The notes below the pieces were generated by a model. That model saw only the letters and a program-made list of their open reading frames with translations, was not told the origin of the DNA and did no database searches. This document shows, in pieces, positions 39,666 through 51,141 of a stretch of 64,000 nucleotides of DNA. Both the position numbers and the translations under genes were made by a program. Each line of letters begins with the position of its first letter. Within the stretch, counting starts at the first letter, position 1. Source of the DNA: Lingula anatina (taxonomy: Eukaryota; Animalia; Brachiopoda); assembly GCA_051362555.1 (NCBI GenBank), contig CM120646.1:14508001-14572000 (forward strand), given 5' to 3'.

Positions 39666-41525
39666 ATGAAGTTCTACGTGTGCTTGTACATGGTGATCAT
39701 TCTCTTAATGCAAGGAGTCGAAATGCGTACCGGTAAGTCCTGATTGGAACTTCTTTTAATATGAATTTAAATCAATTAACGATTTATCTAAAATTATATA
39801 TAAAATACAATGGTTACCCCTTCGAAAAAATGAATCTTTTTACTTTTCATATGAAAAAAAATATTAAAAGAGGGCGGGATTGTTTTATGAAGAGAAATAT
39901 TAGTTGTTTATTAATTTTTATTATTTTTGTAACAGAAACTTGTATATTAATCGATTCTTCTTATCTAATCTTCTGCTTACACATCTGCTAAGTTTACGAT
40001 TTTATTGACGCTGCCAAACTGCTAATTTAATGTCAAAGATATATGAAGTGCATGGCCACTTTTTTAACTACCTTCCAGTTCCAAAAAAGTCGTCCAAAGA
40101 AGTAGCAAAGGCCAATTCAGTTTTTCAGTTTAGCTGGTTGGTGATCTGTCACATTGGCTTGAAGACCGCTTCCTCTCTGGCGGACTATGGATGTTACTGT
40201 GGCTTCGGTGGCTCTGGGCGACCAGTGGACGCAATGGACGAGTAAGAGCTATGTCTCTTAAGACTGCTATCCCATAAACCCATCGCACTAGCTGAATAGA
40301 TCTAACTCTGCGAGGCTTCCCGCTAAAGTGCTTTCAGTGTAATCAGCTTAATTGTCTGGCACGCCCTGAGTAACAAGCGGGTAATTGACTGTCGTTAATT
40401 GCCCCCACTGTAGCTTGAGCAGGCGTACCAGACATTTAAGCTGCTTAAATTGAATTTAGTGTGATCCCCGTGGAGTTAGATCCACCCAGCCTGTACTATG
40501 GGTTTATGGAAACGCTCCCTTAGATCCAAACACGTGACAGAAATTATATGAGCAATTAAATCCTATTGTACCTTTGACACTCTGATAACATATGCATAAA
40601 TTCCGTTTTAATAGAAAAAAGGGTTTGCACTGAAAGGAAATAATATCAATGATCTTTAGAATCATACCTTCTTTCAATAACTGCGGGGCACATTCCTTCT
40701 TTTTGTCTCTACTTAAGATGCTGCAGGACTCACGACTTGTGTTATGGTAGAATAGGAAGGTGTAACGCTTATTTGTCTTCATACTCACACCAAGGCTGCG
40801 ACTTTACAGGAAGAGAAGTCATTTGCAGTAAGTCAGAGTTTCTCGTTTTATGCAACTGACACAGACAAAAGTCTGTTTTGTTATGGTTCACCAAGTGATC
40901 GATTTAACTGGGTAAAACAAGTAGGTTTGTCATAATCGCCGTGATGATTTTTAAGTCAAATGAATTGAGTCTTATTGGCGTTTATATAGAGATTAACAAA
41001 TAAAAAGATATTAAAAACTGCAAGCTATCTGCTTATGCGTCTTCTCCAGGACTGTATAAATGCCTATTAAACAATGTGGTAACGAGTAGATACGCTGGAG
41101 GGATACAACTGTTGAAGGGGGGGGGGGGGGGGGGGGGCTCCACAGCGATTTGCTGCTCAGGTGTCTGCCAAAATATTGTTTTAACTTAAAAGTTATTATA
41201 TGTTGGTAATGATTCACGTTCTGGACAATGCAAATCGCAGAAAACGTGCTTAAAGAACCAACAACAGAATTATTGAATAACAAAAGACATGTCTTTTCCA
41301 TTGATTGGATAAGGAAAGCTGTTTATTCCTTTTTGGAAAATACTTAATATCAATGTTTCTTTTACAGGGAATATTAGTAACTTTTTCCACAACAGGTGCA
41401 CATATAACCTTTGCAAATGCGATCTACAGGCAGCAGAATGCTTCAAGAGAGCCTTGCCGTCATTCAACCCTCGTGCATATTATAATTATAATAACCGATA
41501 TAGGAATGCCTGCAGCAGTTGGTAA
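39666..41525 (+). CDS. Secreted phospholipase A2 (group I-like), paralogue 1; 4 exons
   Basis: Exons 39666-39732 (signal peptide [17 protein letters not shown]), 40079-40241 (SVFQF...[16 protein letters not shown], Ca2+ loop), 40718-40827 (CCRTHDLCY, His-Asp) and 41368-41525 ([12 protein letters not shown]...NACSSW*). 14 Cys in the mature part; AATAAA at 41595. Confidence 0.92.
40261..40519. mobile_element. Fold-back Harbinger/Tourist-like MITE in PLA2 copy 1 intron 2
   Basis: TTA flanks; arms CCCATAAACCCAT...TAGATCTAACTC / GAGTTAGATC...ATGGGTTTATGG. The core AGCAGGCG..CAGACATTTAAG resembles the copies at 24.1 and 25.8 kb. Confidence 0.65.
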
Positions 41526-44062
41526 TAAATAGAGCATTTGCTCCTTCAAGCTGTGAAGTTCTTTATCAAATTATGGAATCAGTCGTTTCCTCTCAATAAA
41601 ACACCAAATACCACTGTTGCACTTCGAGAGTTTATTATCAGGCACACAATCAGATGCAATTAACAATGAGTAACAAACTGTGACAATGAGTTACACAATC
41701 GAAGTTTTACAGGCCAGAAGGGCCTGGAAGAATTCTCCACTCGCTTTCACCTAAGCACAAACTCCGTCCCTGATATAAACTCTCTAATCTACGGTTCTAA
41801 CGAAAAGTAAAAAAAAAAAAAAAAAAACCGGGCGGGAGGGAGGGATCACAAAAGTCTAATACTGCTTCGCTATACTCATGCTTAACCTCCCGCCGCTGCT
41901 TCGCAAATGCCGTTTAAACCTGGTGCTGTGATCACTAACCACCACTGCGCATGTCGGCCCGCGTATCGGTACAGAGATTGTGGCGCCACCTGCCCCATGC
42001 CCGGATGTATTAAACTAAGCTTAACTCCCGAACTGCACACGCGCCGTAGTATTTGTGTTTTACGCCATTTCAATTGAAATTAACAATGCCGAGGTAACTG
42101 TTCACGACTCCATAAGCAATAAAACAAGGTTCTGCCGCAACCCATGTGTATTATCTCCTTGAACTACAATATCACTGCTATAAAACCTGTCATTTACCTC
42201 TTTTTTCAAATAATTTGTCCAAGATATAATATAAAGTGTACAATCATGTTGACAATCAATCAAAAACAGTCCGACAAAATTTACTGTCGACGTCAATATA
42301 ACTTATGATAAAGAGATAATAAAAATATGAATAATGATAATATGAAGCTCGCACAACAAAAAAGTAAACAAAATTTCAGAAAACTTTTCTGGTGCATTTT
42401 ATCTATTCATACAAGTACCTTCACAGGTGTCGTTCAATAATTTGTTGGAACTACTATGCAGCAGTTATTGTCGCATTTAATTTCTATGTTAACTTTTTGA
42501 AAACTTTTTATATACTTTTTGAAGCTTTCATAAACTTTCAGAAGTCTTATATGACAGTTGCACACCTTGCACATCGTTATAGATATTTGGTGCTGTCCGC
42601 ACTTGAAGTGCTTTACTTATCAGCATAAAATAAGGAGTAGGGGCAGGGAGTAAAGTGACCTGCATCTGAGAAATAAAAGATATGAAAAAGAATTAAAATT
42701 AATGCCTTCAAAATTTCACTTGACCCATGCTTATAAATGCCTCCTTCTGAAGGTTCGATTCAAGATGAAATGCCTGTCTCGGTCAGTGCGTGCGTACAAG
42801 TGGCAGAACTAACAATTTTCCCCACACACACTGGGATGCTTACTGACATGATATGATTATTGGAGGGGGGGGGGGGGGGGGGGGGGGGGAGGGCGAACAC
42901 TTAATGAATTCAAACGTGTTTCGTGCTTTCGACAAATACTGTTGTGCTAACGTGGCTCTTTGGCAGTTCAGGTTATCGTTTTCATACATAGTGAAGCGGA
43001 TGGTTCATAATTAGTCACTTTGGAAATCACAGACTGATTAAATAGAAAATGCCAAATTTTGTAAACCCTCTAAATTTGAGGGATGCTATAATGGAACAGC
43101 TCTAAAAACTGTAAAGAGCAGTACATGTTAGTTCACTACCGATTACCGGCAGGGACCACATTACCGTCTCTTAAAATTAATACAAACAAAAACTGAATGT
43201 CCGATGTATGCGGCCTGAGTTTGATCGTCATCATCATCCCAGTCTGTCACGCCACTGCGGCTGGCTGGCCTCCAAAGACTTCTTCACGCTTGGCGGTTTT
43301 ATTTGCATTTCGTGCTGTCATGCTGTACATAGTTCAACCGTGATAACTCACCACGCTGGTTTAGTGTGGGTTGGTAAATGCAAATGCCCGCTTGCTCAAG
43401 CATCAAATGTTCATGCAAATAACCGCGTTTCCACACTGAAAAGATTGTAATCAAAACTGTGAAAATAGTTTCATTTGATCTCAGTTTTGATAGTCAAAAA
43501 TTTTTCATTTTTGATATACTAGTTACAACACGAGTCGTCCACTGTATCTGTATGTGACATACAAGAGCGTAATTGCTGTGGTCGACGAGTAGTTGTAACA
43601 GGCTAATGCCACGGCTGGCATTACGCACAATAGGATGAACGCATCGAAGCGCATGAAAATACAGGCAAGCCTGAATGCGAAATACAAGTGCAATTATCAA
43701 ATATAATATAAAAGGTAAATCAAATATCTGGATCTATCATAAACGAAAACTTTTTGACTATGTAATCAAAATTGTAGCTTCCTAGTCATATCTTTCAGAT
43801 TTGTGTTTTAAACGTCATATAATTATGTAGGCGTCCCGTTGCCAAATTAGGTACTTTGTAAGGACACACGCAAAAGGTTTTTCTTGAACCATTTAAATTA
43901 TGATAAATTAAATGCCCGTAAGTAGTAAACAGACACTATACGATTGCATCTTTGTGGTTTTGATGGTGTATAAACATAAGTCACGCTCCACTACCGCATG
44001 ACGAGTTGATATATGGTTAAGATGTTTTGTGAAAAGAAAAATACATTGCTTGTTCACCGCAT

Positions 44063-44134
44063 CCAATCAAAAGAGAACTGACACCATGTTTGTAAAACTA
44101 CGTCTTTTGTGGGCGTCATGTCTCGACTATATAA
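44063..44134 (+). promoter_or_regulatory. Core promoter of PLA2 copy 2 (CCAAT, TGTTTGTAAA, GTGGGCGTCATGTC, TATATAA)
   Basis: Motif order and sequence are conserved with 39517-39590. Confidence 0.7.
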
Positions 44135-44217
44135 GTCAAATACTAATGTGCAACGCGCAGACCTAACCGATTTTTCATAACAGCGCGACACTGGGAGCTC
44201 AGAAAGTTTCTGACATC

Positions 44218-45782
44218 ATGAAGCTCTACATGTTGGTGGCAGTCATCCTCTTAATGCAAGGAGTCGAAATGTGTACGTCTAGAACCGTTTTAAAGGTTTA
44301 AATTTATACTGTCACCAATAACGGATAAATGTAATTTTTTAAAGTTAACTCTCTTGTTGGGCTAGATAGGTTTATTTGTTTTTCACTCATCCAGAGAAAC
44401 CTTTTTACCTATATAAATAAATAACAGATTTGCGTAAGAAAACTTTCTGATAATTAATCTCAACTACTGCAAACCTTAGCTTAAATTTTCTTCTTATTCA
44501 CTATGCTCAAATGTTAATCAAAATAGTGAATAGAAAAAATATATATACAGCTAATGGCCATTTTATATTTTTATATTGAAGCACCAAAGAAAAAGCCCAA
44601 GGAATGGGGGCAGGCCAACTCTGTTGTAGAATTCGGCTCATTGGTGCTGTGCTATACCGATTCCGTGACTGCATTCCAGCTAGCGGACTATGGATGTTAC
44701 TGTGGCTACGGCGGCTCTGGGCAAACGGTGGACGCGATGGACGAGTAAGATTCCACATTTTACAAAATCTTGTAAACACTTCCCAGAAACTAACTTTATG
44801 CTCAATGTAAATTTGGTGTACATTTGGCATTTTGACAGATGTATATTTGGCGCCCTGTCAACATTACATTCCAGTAGAATAAAAAACCGGTTTGCATGGA
44901 AAGGGCATGAGCCATGAATTTTACACACCCACCTTCTTTTTCTAACTACATACCCATTTTTTCCTTTTGTCATTTTGCTAGGTGCTGCAAGATTCATGAC
45001 AAGTGCCTTAATACAGTAGGAAGCTGTTATACTTATTACGCCTTTTATTCATACACTGGGTGCGACGGATCTGGAACAGACGCAACTTGCAGTAAGTTGT
45101 CCAGAGCTTTTCATTTTATGCAATATACACTGACACAAAACATCCTATCATTTCTTGCCGGTTTATCAATTGATCAGCTGAAAGTCCAATCTTAAGTCTG
45201 CTTCGGTATGCAATAATTTGGCAACAATACAGATTTATTTTATTTCCTTTTTTGGATCGGTGTTCCTCTACGATTTACTGCCCCGTTTCGGTCAACAAAT
45301 GTTCACGTGTTGGTGATTATTCACATTACTGGAGCGTAAACCAGACGGACTGTTAGAGTGCCCCGTTGTGGCTTGTGGGTGTATATTATAATGATAGTTT
45401 TTACCCTAGTTTAAGAAAGAACCTAACTAAATATTCATGTTTAAAGAATCAACAATATTGTGAACTATAACAAACCAATATCGGTTCAGCACATTGGGTG
45501 AAGTAAACAATTACAGCTGTCAAATCTAATTGGAAATTACAAACGTTTTAAATAATGAACAGATTTAATATAACAATTAGACATGTTAATTCTTATTGGG
45601 AAATAGCAGATATCATTGTTTCTCTTGCAGGGCCACCGAGTTATTATTGGTTCTATGGCCAGTGCAGATATAAGCTTTGCCAATGCGATCTGGAGGCCGC
45701 AAAATGCTTCAAAAATGCCTTGCCGTCATTTAATCCTGGGTTATATTACAATTATAACGCCCAGCCCAACAATGTCTGTTAA
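44218..45782 (+). CDS. Secreted phospholipase A2 (group I-like), paralogue 2; 4 exons
   Basis: Exons 44218-44272 (signal peptide, donor GTACGT, phase 1), 44582-44744 (DYGCYCGYGGSGQTVD), 44982-45091 (CCKIHDKCL) and 45631-45782 (LCQCDLEAAKCF...NNVC*). 14 Cys; AATAAA at 45871. Confidence 0.92.
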
Positions 45783-46184
45783 GTTGGTTTGAAAGAGAAC
45801 AGTTGCTGGTAAAGAGTTGCATATTATGAACATTTTTAATGGACTTTGGCACTCAACTAACGTCAGAATTAATAAAACAAATTTACTCCTCAAAACAAGT
45901 GTACATGTAATTTCTTCTTGAATCTACCTCTGTACAAGCAGTAATATAGTGGAAAAATATTCCACATTTGTGGTATTCGTTTAATTCTTTCAAAATATGT
46001 ACGATTGTTGGAATTATTTGATGGTCATCCATGGCTGCTGGAAATACAAATTTAAGTGCACGAACATCATAGTCCTTTATTTTAGTTTTGTGTTTTACCA
46101 TGAAGAACAGAAACCAAATAATCGTTTCACCTGGTTCACAGAATTATATTTGTATTTAAAATCAAAGTAATGTAAGACAAGACA

Positions 46185-46242
<58 letters not shown>

Positions 46243-48164
46243 TTTGAGTTCAATATCCAAATTTGTCCGGTAGACTTTACAATAAAACGTAGAAAAAAAT
46301 AATTGAAAGGCTTTTAAAAGAAAAGAAAAAATTCAAATGAAAATTTGATTACAACCAAAAATTTCTCTTTTCAAACCTGTGTCTGATTGTACTTTCATTG
46401 CCCTACATGCAATAGAAGCCACTTGGTTAGACTTTCCCTTTCCAACATAAAAGTAAGATAACAGTACCGTTAAGCTGAACTTTCTTTGTTTTTAATTGTG
46501 AAAAATTGAACCGCATCGCTGTGTGCGAAAATCGAGAATGAAGAAAAACTTTTTAAAAACGCGTCTTTACCCATCACTGCGCATTGTAAGACCATGGTTG
46601 GACATATTTAATAATTCACAAGTACTTTAAGTGACTTTACGTTAGTCTTTGTTTGTAGTTTGTTTGCCACGTAATCCTCTATAATCCATTTAAATGCATA
46701 TTGTGAAGTCTGAAAAGGTTTTGTCGTCATGTTGCTACTCTGTTTAAGGACTAAGTTTAATAATCCTTTGTAATCAGTTAAGATATAAAAAGTTGATTTC
46801 CCCACGACTAGTAACAATGAGCCCGAGCAGGCAAAGAGTTGACATTTAAAAAAATATTAAAACTGGCGTTGGGTTTCCCCAGAGCGATCTCTACGTAAGA
46901 TACAATATATCCTGAAAGTTTCAATATATCCAAAGTTATAACGGTGTCCGCATTTTTGCATTTGTAAATTTTATCCTTGACCAAATTTACCCTATTGTGG
47001 ACAAAATAATCTTATAATGAACTCTGCTCAGAAAAAAAAAACACACGGAAAATCTGTTTACTTATACACATACTCTATACGCACGGCCTTTGGAATCTTC
47101 AAAATAAAACGATGAAGACTGGCTGTCAATCTGGACATTTTCAGTATTGTCTACCTTATTCTGCCCTGGATTTCCAGCCAGCAGACAGTACCAATTGTTT
47201 ATAACTATTTGTCATTACTGTGACCCTACCCAGCTGGGAACGTGGGACATAGGGGCATCTCCATAGATATTATCTCTTTTCAACAATGCGTCATTAGCAT
47301 CGTTCAAAACACTGCAGCTGGGGTACCTGGCAACTTCATGCGGGGCACTACAGGATTTAAGGTCAAGATTATTTTCCGAACACCGCCTGCTACTATTACT
47401 TCCTTTCTAAAATGTATCTATTATTATTCATCATTATTGTTATCCCCAGCAATGGAAATGAGGGTATTTGCTAGTATTTATCGAGAAAATGTGTCACCTG
47501 TCAACAAAGTATCGCTGCACCCTTTCCCTGGTTGAAATACAATTTCATAAAGGTCCTAGGGGAGATTAGACCATAATCGATTTAAAACACGGTAATTCTG
47601 ACGCAGGTGTGCATAATGCGTTAATTTGAACGTCGGAAAGGTGCCACTTAAATGGACATGTTTTGCCACTGTTGCACATAGTAAATAACGGTATCAAAAC
47701 AGGTCAAACGTAGTGAATCGGGGGTAAAGATGTTGCGAGACTCTTGTCACATCGTGCATTAAATCTCAACGATACAGTTATCCATTAAAATGCGTCCCTA
47801 TATCTACATATCTGTACGGTGTTGGAAAAGATTAATATTCACAGTCTAAACCTACGTATTTTCAATGTGAAACCGGACGCAAGGAAAAACAAGATGTTTA
47901 TCTGATAGATGACACTGTTTGACTGCACAGCTGGTTTTTTTTAGATAAGGACGTGCTTGCGTGTACTACAATGTACTGCTTAATTATAGAACACAAATAT
48001 GTCATACTACTTAAGGACAGTGTATTTGCTCGACGATTGTGTGTAAATGACTTTGTGACCAAACTTTCAAATGTATTTTACCTTTCAAATCCCGGTGTAA
48101 CGAAACTGAGGATCCGTGTAACAGAAAGACCGAACTCCATATAGTTTTAAAAAATGGGCATATA

Positions 48165-49803
48165 CAGACTTGACATTTAATATGGAATATTTTAGTTTTA
48201 AAGGTATACCTAGGTATATTATTGAAAAAAACTCAGATCCCATTTAAGATATCTGACTAGAGAAGTGTGAAGACAGGTGTGTTTCTACCAATTAACTGAT
48301 TACCAAGTCTGATGCATTGCTGCATTGTGTAATATGCAGTGATTTAATTGGGTAGTGCTCCTTTGGGCTGGTCAAAGCTTGGCTTTGGCGAGGCATGGTT
48401 CTGTCAAATATGTATCCATATGTCGGCAACCATTGCATAGAAGAATTTGAAATTTTGCATGCAAGCGGTCGGTTTTGCAGTGCGTAAAATGAGTTAAGCA
48501 TTGTTTATCAAAATCGTTAAGCTGTGCCAGAATGGCGGGAAAAAGACAGACATTGCCAGACAGATTATTGCCCCAAACGGAACTGTCCGCACAGTTTCAT
48601 AGAATAATGCCCAGGGTTATGTACCCACACAGACAACACGTCCAATGTATCGATATCTTACCACCAGGATACAGGAGTCAATGTCCTTCAGGAAATGCTG
48701 CTACAATGAAACCAAAACCACCTAGTCCGTTTTTAATGAGGGGCAAATTGTCACCAAAACGCATTTTTCAAGGCGCTAAGCGAAGACCAAAATGGTTTCA
48801 GCAGGTTAGGATATTAGGCGACCTCTGAGGAAGCCACTGTAAACAGAAAAACAGCGTAGTCTGTTTCTCTAATGAATTGGGGACCATGACCGTTTCTGGG
48901 TAGAACACTGAAATCGCGTTGTTTTCTTTATTGAGGTCAGATTTCACCTGTACCGCTAAATTGGTCAAAAAGAGTTTGCAGACACCCTGAAGAGGCCTAC
49001 GTCAAGGTGTGCACCGCTTCTGAAGTGACTAGGGCCACTGACAGCGTCAATATTTGGAGTTGATACCACATTGGTGCCAAAACACCAATGGAAGTCATCG
49101 ACGAAAACCTGAACCAGATCAAATAAAGGAATAATCTGGGAACCACTTGACTATCATTTGATATGAACAGTTTTAGGTTGCACGATCAGATTGCTGGTTC
49201 ACACAGATAACTTTTTATAGTAGATAACTTACATAACCAAATGAATAAGCAGCTACCTTGGTCATCAAAATCGCCATATTTGAACCACTTTGACAATATG
49301 TGGTTCGGTCAATAGTCGCCGAATCAACGGCCTGCATGTCCTACAACAAAACTGAACCAAATTGGACAAGTTTTAATCGTTGACTGGAATTTTATTCCAT
49401 ATTAAATTCTAAAAAACTATCGCAAGAAATGCCTTGCCTCTTGAAAGCTCTGGTAGCAGGAAGATAAGGTCAGGCATAGCAGCTACTGTTACTTTGACTG
49501 GACACTGACATGAGGGTCCTTTGTGGGTCGTGTAACTCTTTTAAAGACGATAATTTGGAAGATATGGAGATCCAAAATATCGCTTTCAATGGTTGTCGCA
49601 TGACTTAAAATTGGCAATGCGTTTTTGTTTGCTTCACTGGCGAAGTCAATTAAAGAACTGATGTCGCAATGACATGGAACATTTTATCAAAAGTTATTAA
49701 AACACGATTTTAATCCTTATTTTTATTTATCAGTCTGCAAAATAGGAAAAAAACTAATGAATAATGATTTAGAAAAAATATTCCATATTAAATGTCAAGT
49801 CTG
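48165..49803 (+). mobile_element. Tc1/mariner DNA transposon, 1639 bp, with decayed transposase
   Basis: TA duplication on both sides; perfect 29-bp TIR CAGACTTGACATTTAATATGGAATATTTT. Plus-strand transposase relics with stops: VCFSNE (cf. VLFSDE), SVNIWS*...VIDENLNQ (cf. SVMVWG...VIDGNLN) and QLPWSSKSPYLNHFDNMW at 49250-49303 (cf. WPSQSPDLNPIENLW). Confidence 0.9.
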
Positions 49804-50516
49804 TATAATAACGAATTTTGTCCAAGGCTTAAACAAGCTCCTAACTATTGTGTTAGGTGCCCAGCACCACTGAGCACATCGTCACTGCAATGCTGCGCAT
49901 CTTGATGTTGGTGGTAGTGGTGGTGGTTGGGGCGCTTGGGGGGGGGGTCAAAAACCGGAGATGAATGCCATATATTTTATTGTGTTACTTATTCAACACG
50001 AAAAACATTGCATTTGTCTTAACTCATCTATTAATAAACAATCTATTTAGAAGCAGTTGTGCTAGTTGTCGATCTCGATTGTGTATAGATATTCAAACCT
50101 ATTTCTGTGGCTTATATTCTATAAACTTTTCCATATTTTGACAGCGGTACTGTTGGCATACTGGTATTGTCGCCATAAATTCACATAAACCGGTATGATC
50201 AACAGAAAATCTTTAGGAAAGTCACTTTAGTACATCGGTACTTAGGCTATGGTCTGTGACATGGTCCCTTCATTGGTGCCAAAATCGGTCAATTATTTAT
50301 ATTCGATTGTCATGTTATTGACCTTTAATCAATGAAGTAACCTTTGCACTTCTTATTGACGCTGGCTTTCATGGCGACATTTTTATTATGTAACATTGGA
50401 ATTGTAATAATGGAACTCACACTAATTGCGACTTTAGAGCTTGCTGCATGATAATCATCTATAAAAAATAATAGGGCCTTTGACAGCATTTGCCTCGCAG
50501 CAGCAGTCAGGAGCAT

Positions 50517-51099
50517 ATGAGCAACACTGCTTCGATGGCCAAAGGGCGTCAAAAAATGGGGAATGCTACAAAGGCAATGGTGAGTTGATGCATGCTGGAC
50601 CTTGAAGTAACAGTTTAGATTACAGTCAGCATTACATACTCTTTTTAAAGACTCTACAACTGATTTTTTAATAATTGGTTTCAGTCATAAGTTTTTCCCT
50701 TTGCGTGTATCTTCGAAATGAGGGTTCTTATTTCCAACCAAAATCGAATTTTCTTTTTTCAAAAAAGTAACATTTGCCTTCTCACGAATTATTGTTCGAC
50801 TCACCCCTGCAATCGGATTGGCTTTTTGTGCCAATTTTAATCAAATGATTTACCTCTTATTAACTTGCCAGTCACTTGAACCACCCTGTATATTCCTGCA
50901 CAAAATCAGATAAAATATTGACATAGGGTTACATGATTTTATTTGAGAATTTATTTTCATTGTTTTATGGTCTGAAAATGGAAAGAAATATAACTTTGCA
51001 GGATATGAGAGACATAGAAAATATGGCTTTTAAAATTCCTATGTTCTGTTTTTACAGGTGCTTGCAGTGGCACTTATTACGTTCACACCAGGTAAGCAT

Positions 51100-51141
<42 letters not shown>

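Noticed and set aside
40030-41532. PLA2 copy 1 as a pseudogene because the ORF track lacks its His-Asp exon
   Set aside because: The exon is present at 40718-40827 (CCRTHDLCY) and all junctions are in frame.
50873-50892. Mariner-like end (CACTTGAACCACCCTGTA)
   Set aside because: No partner TIR was found in the window; at most a truncated relic.
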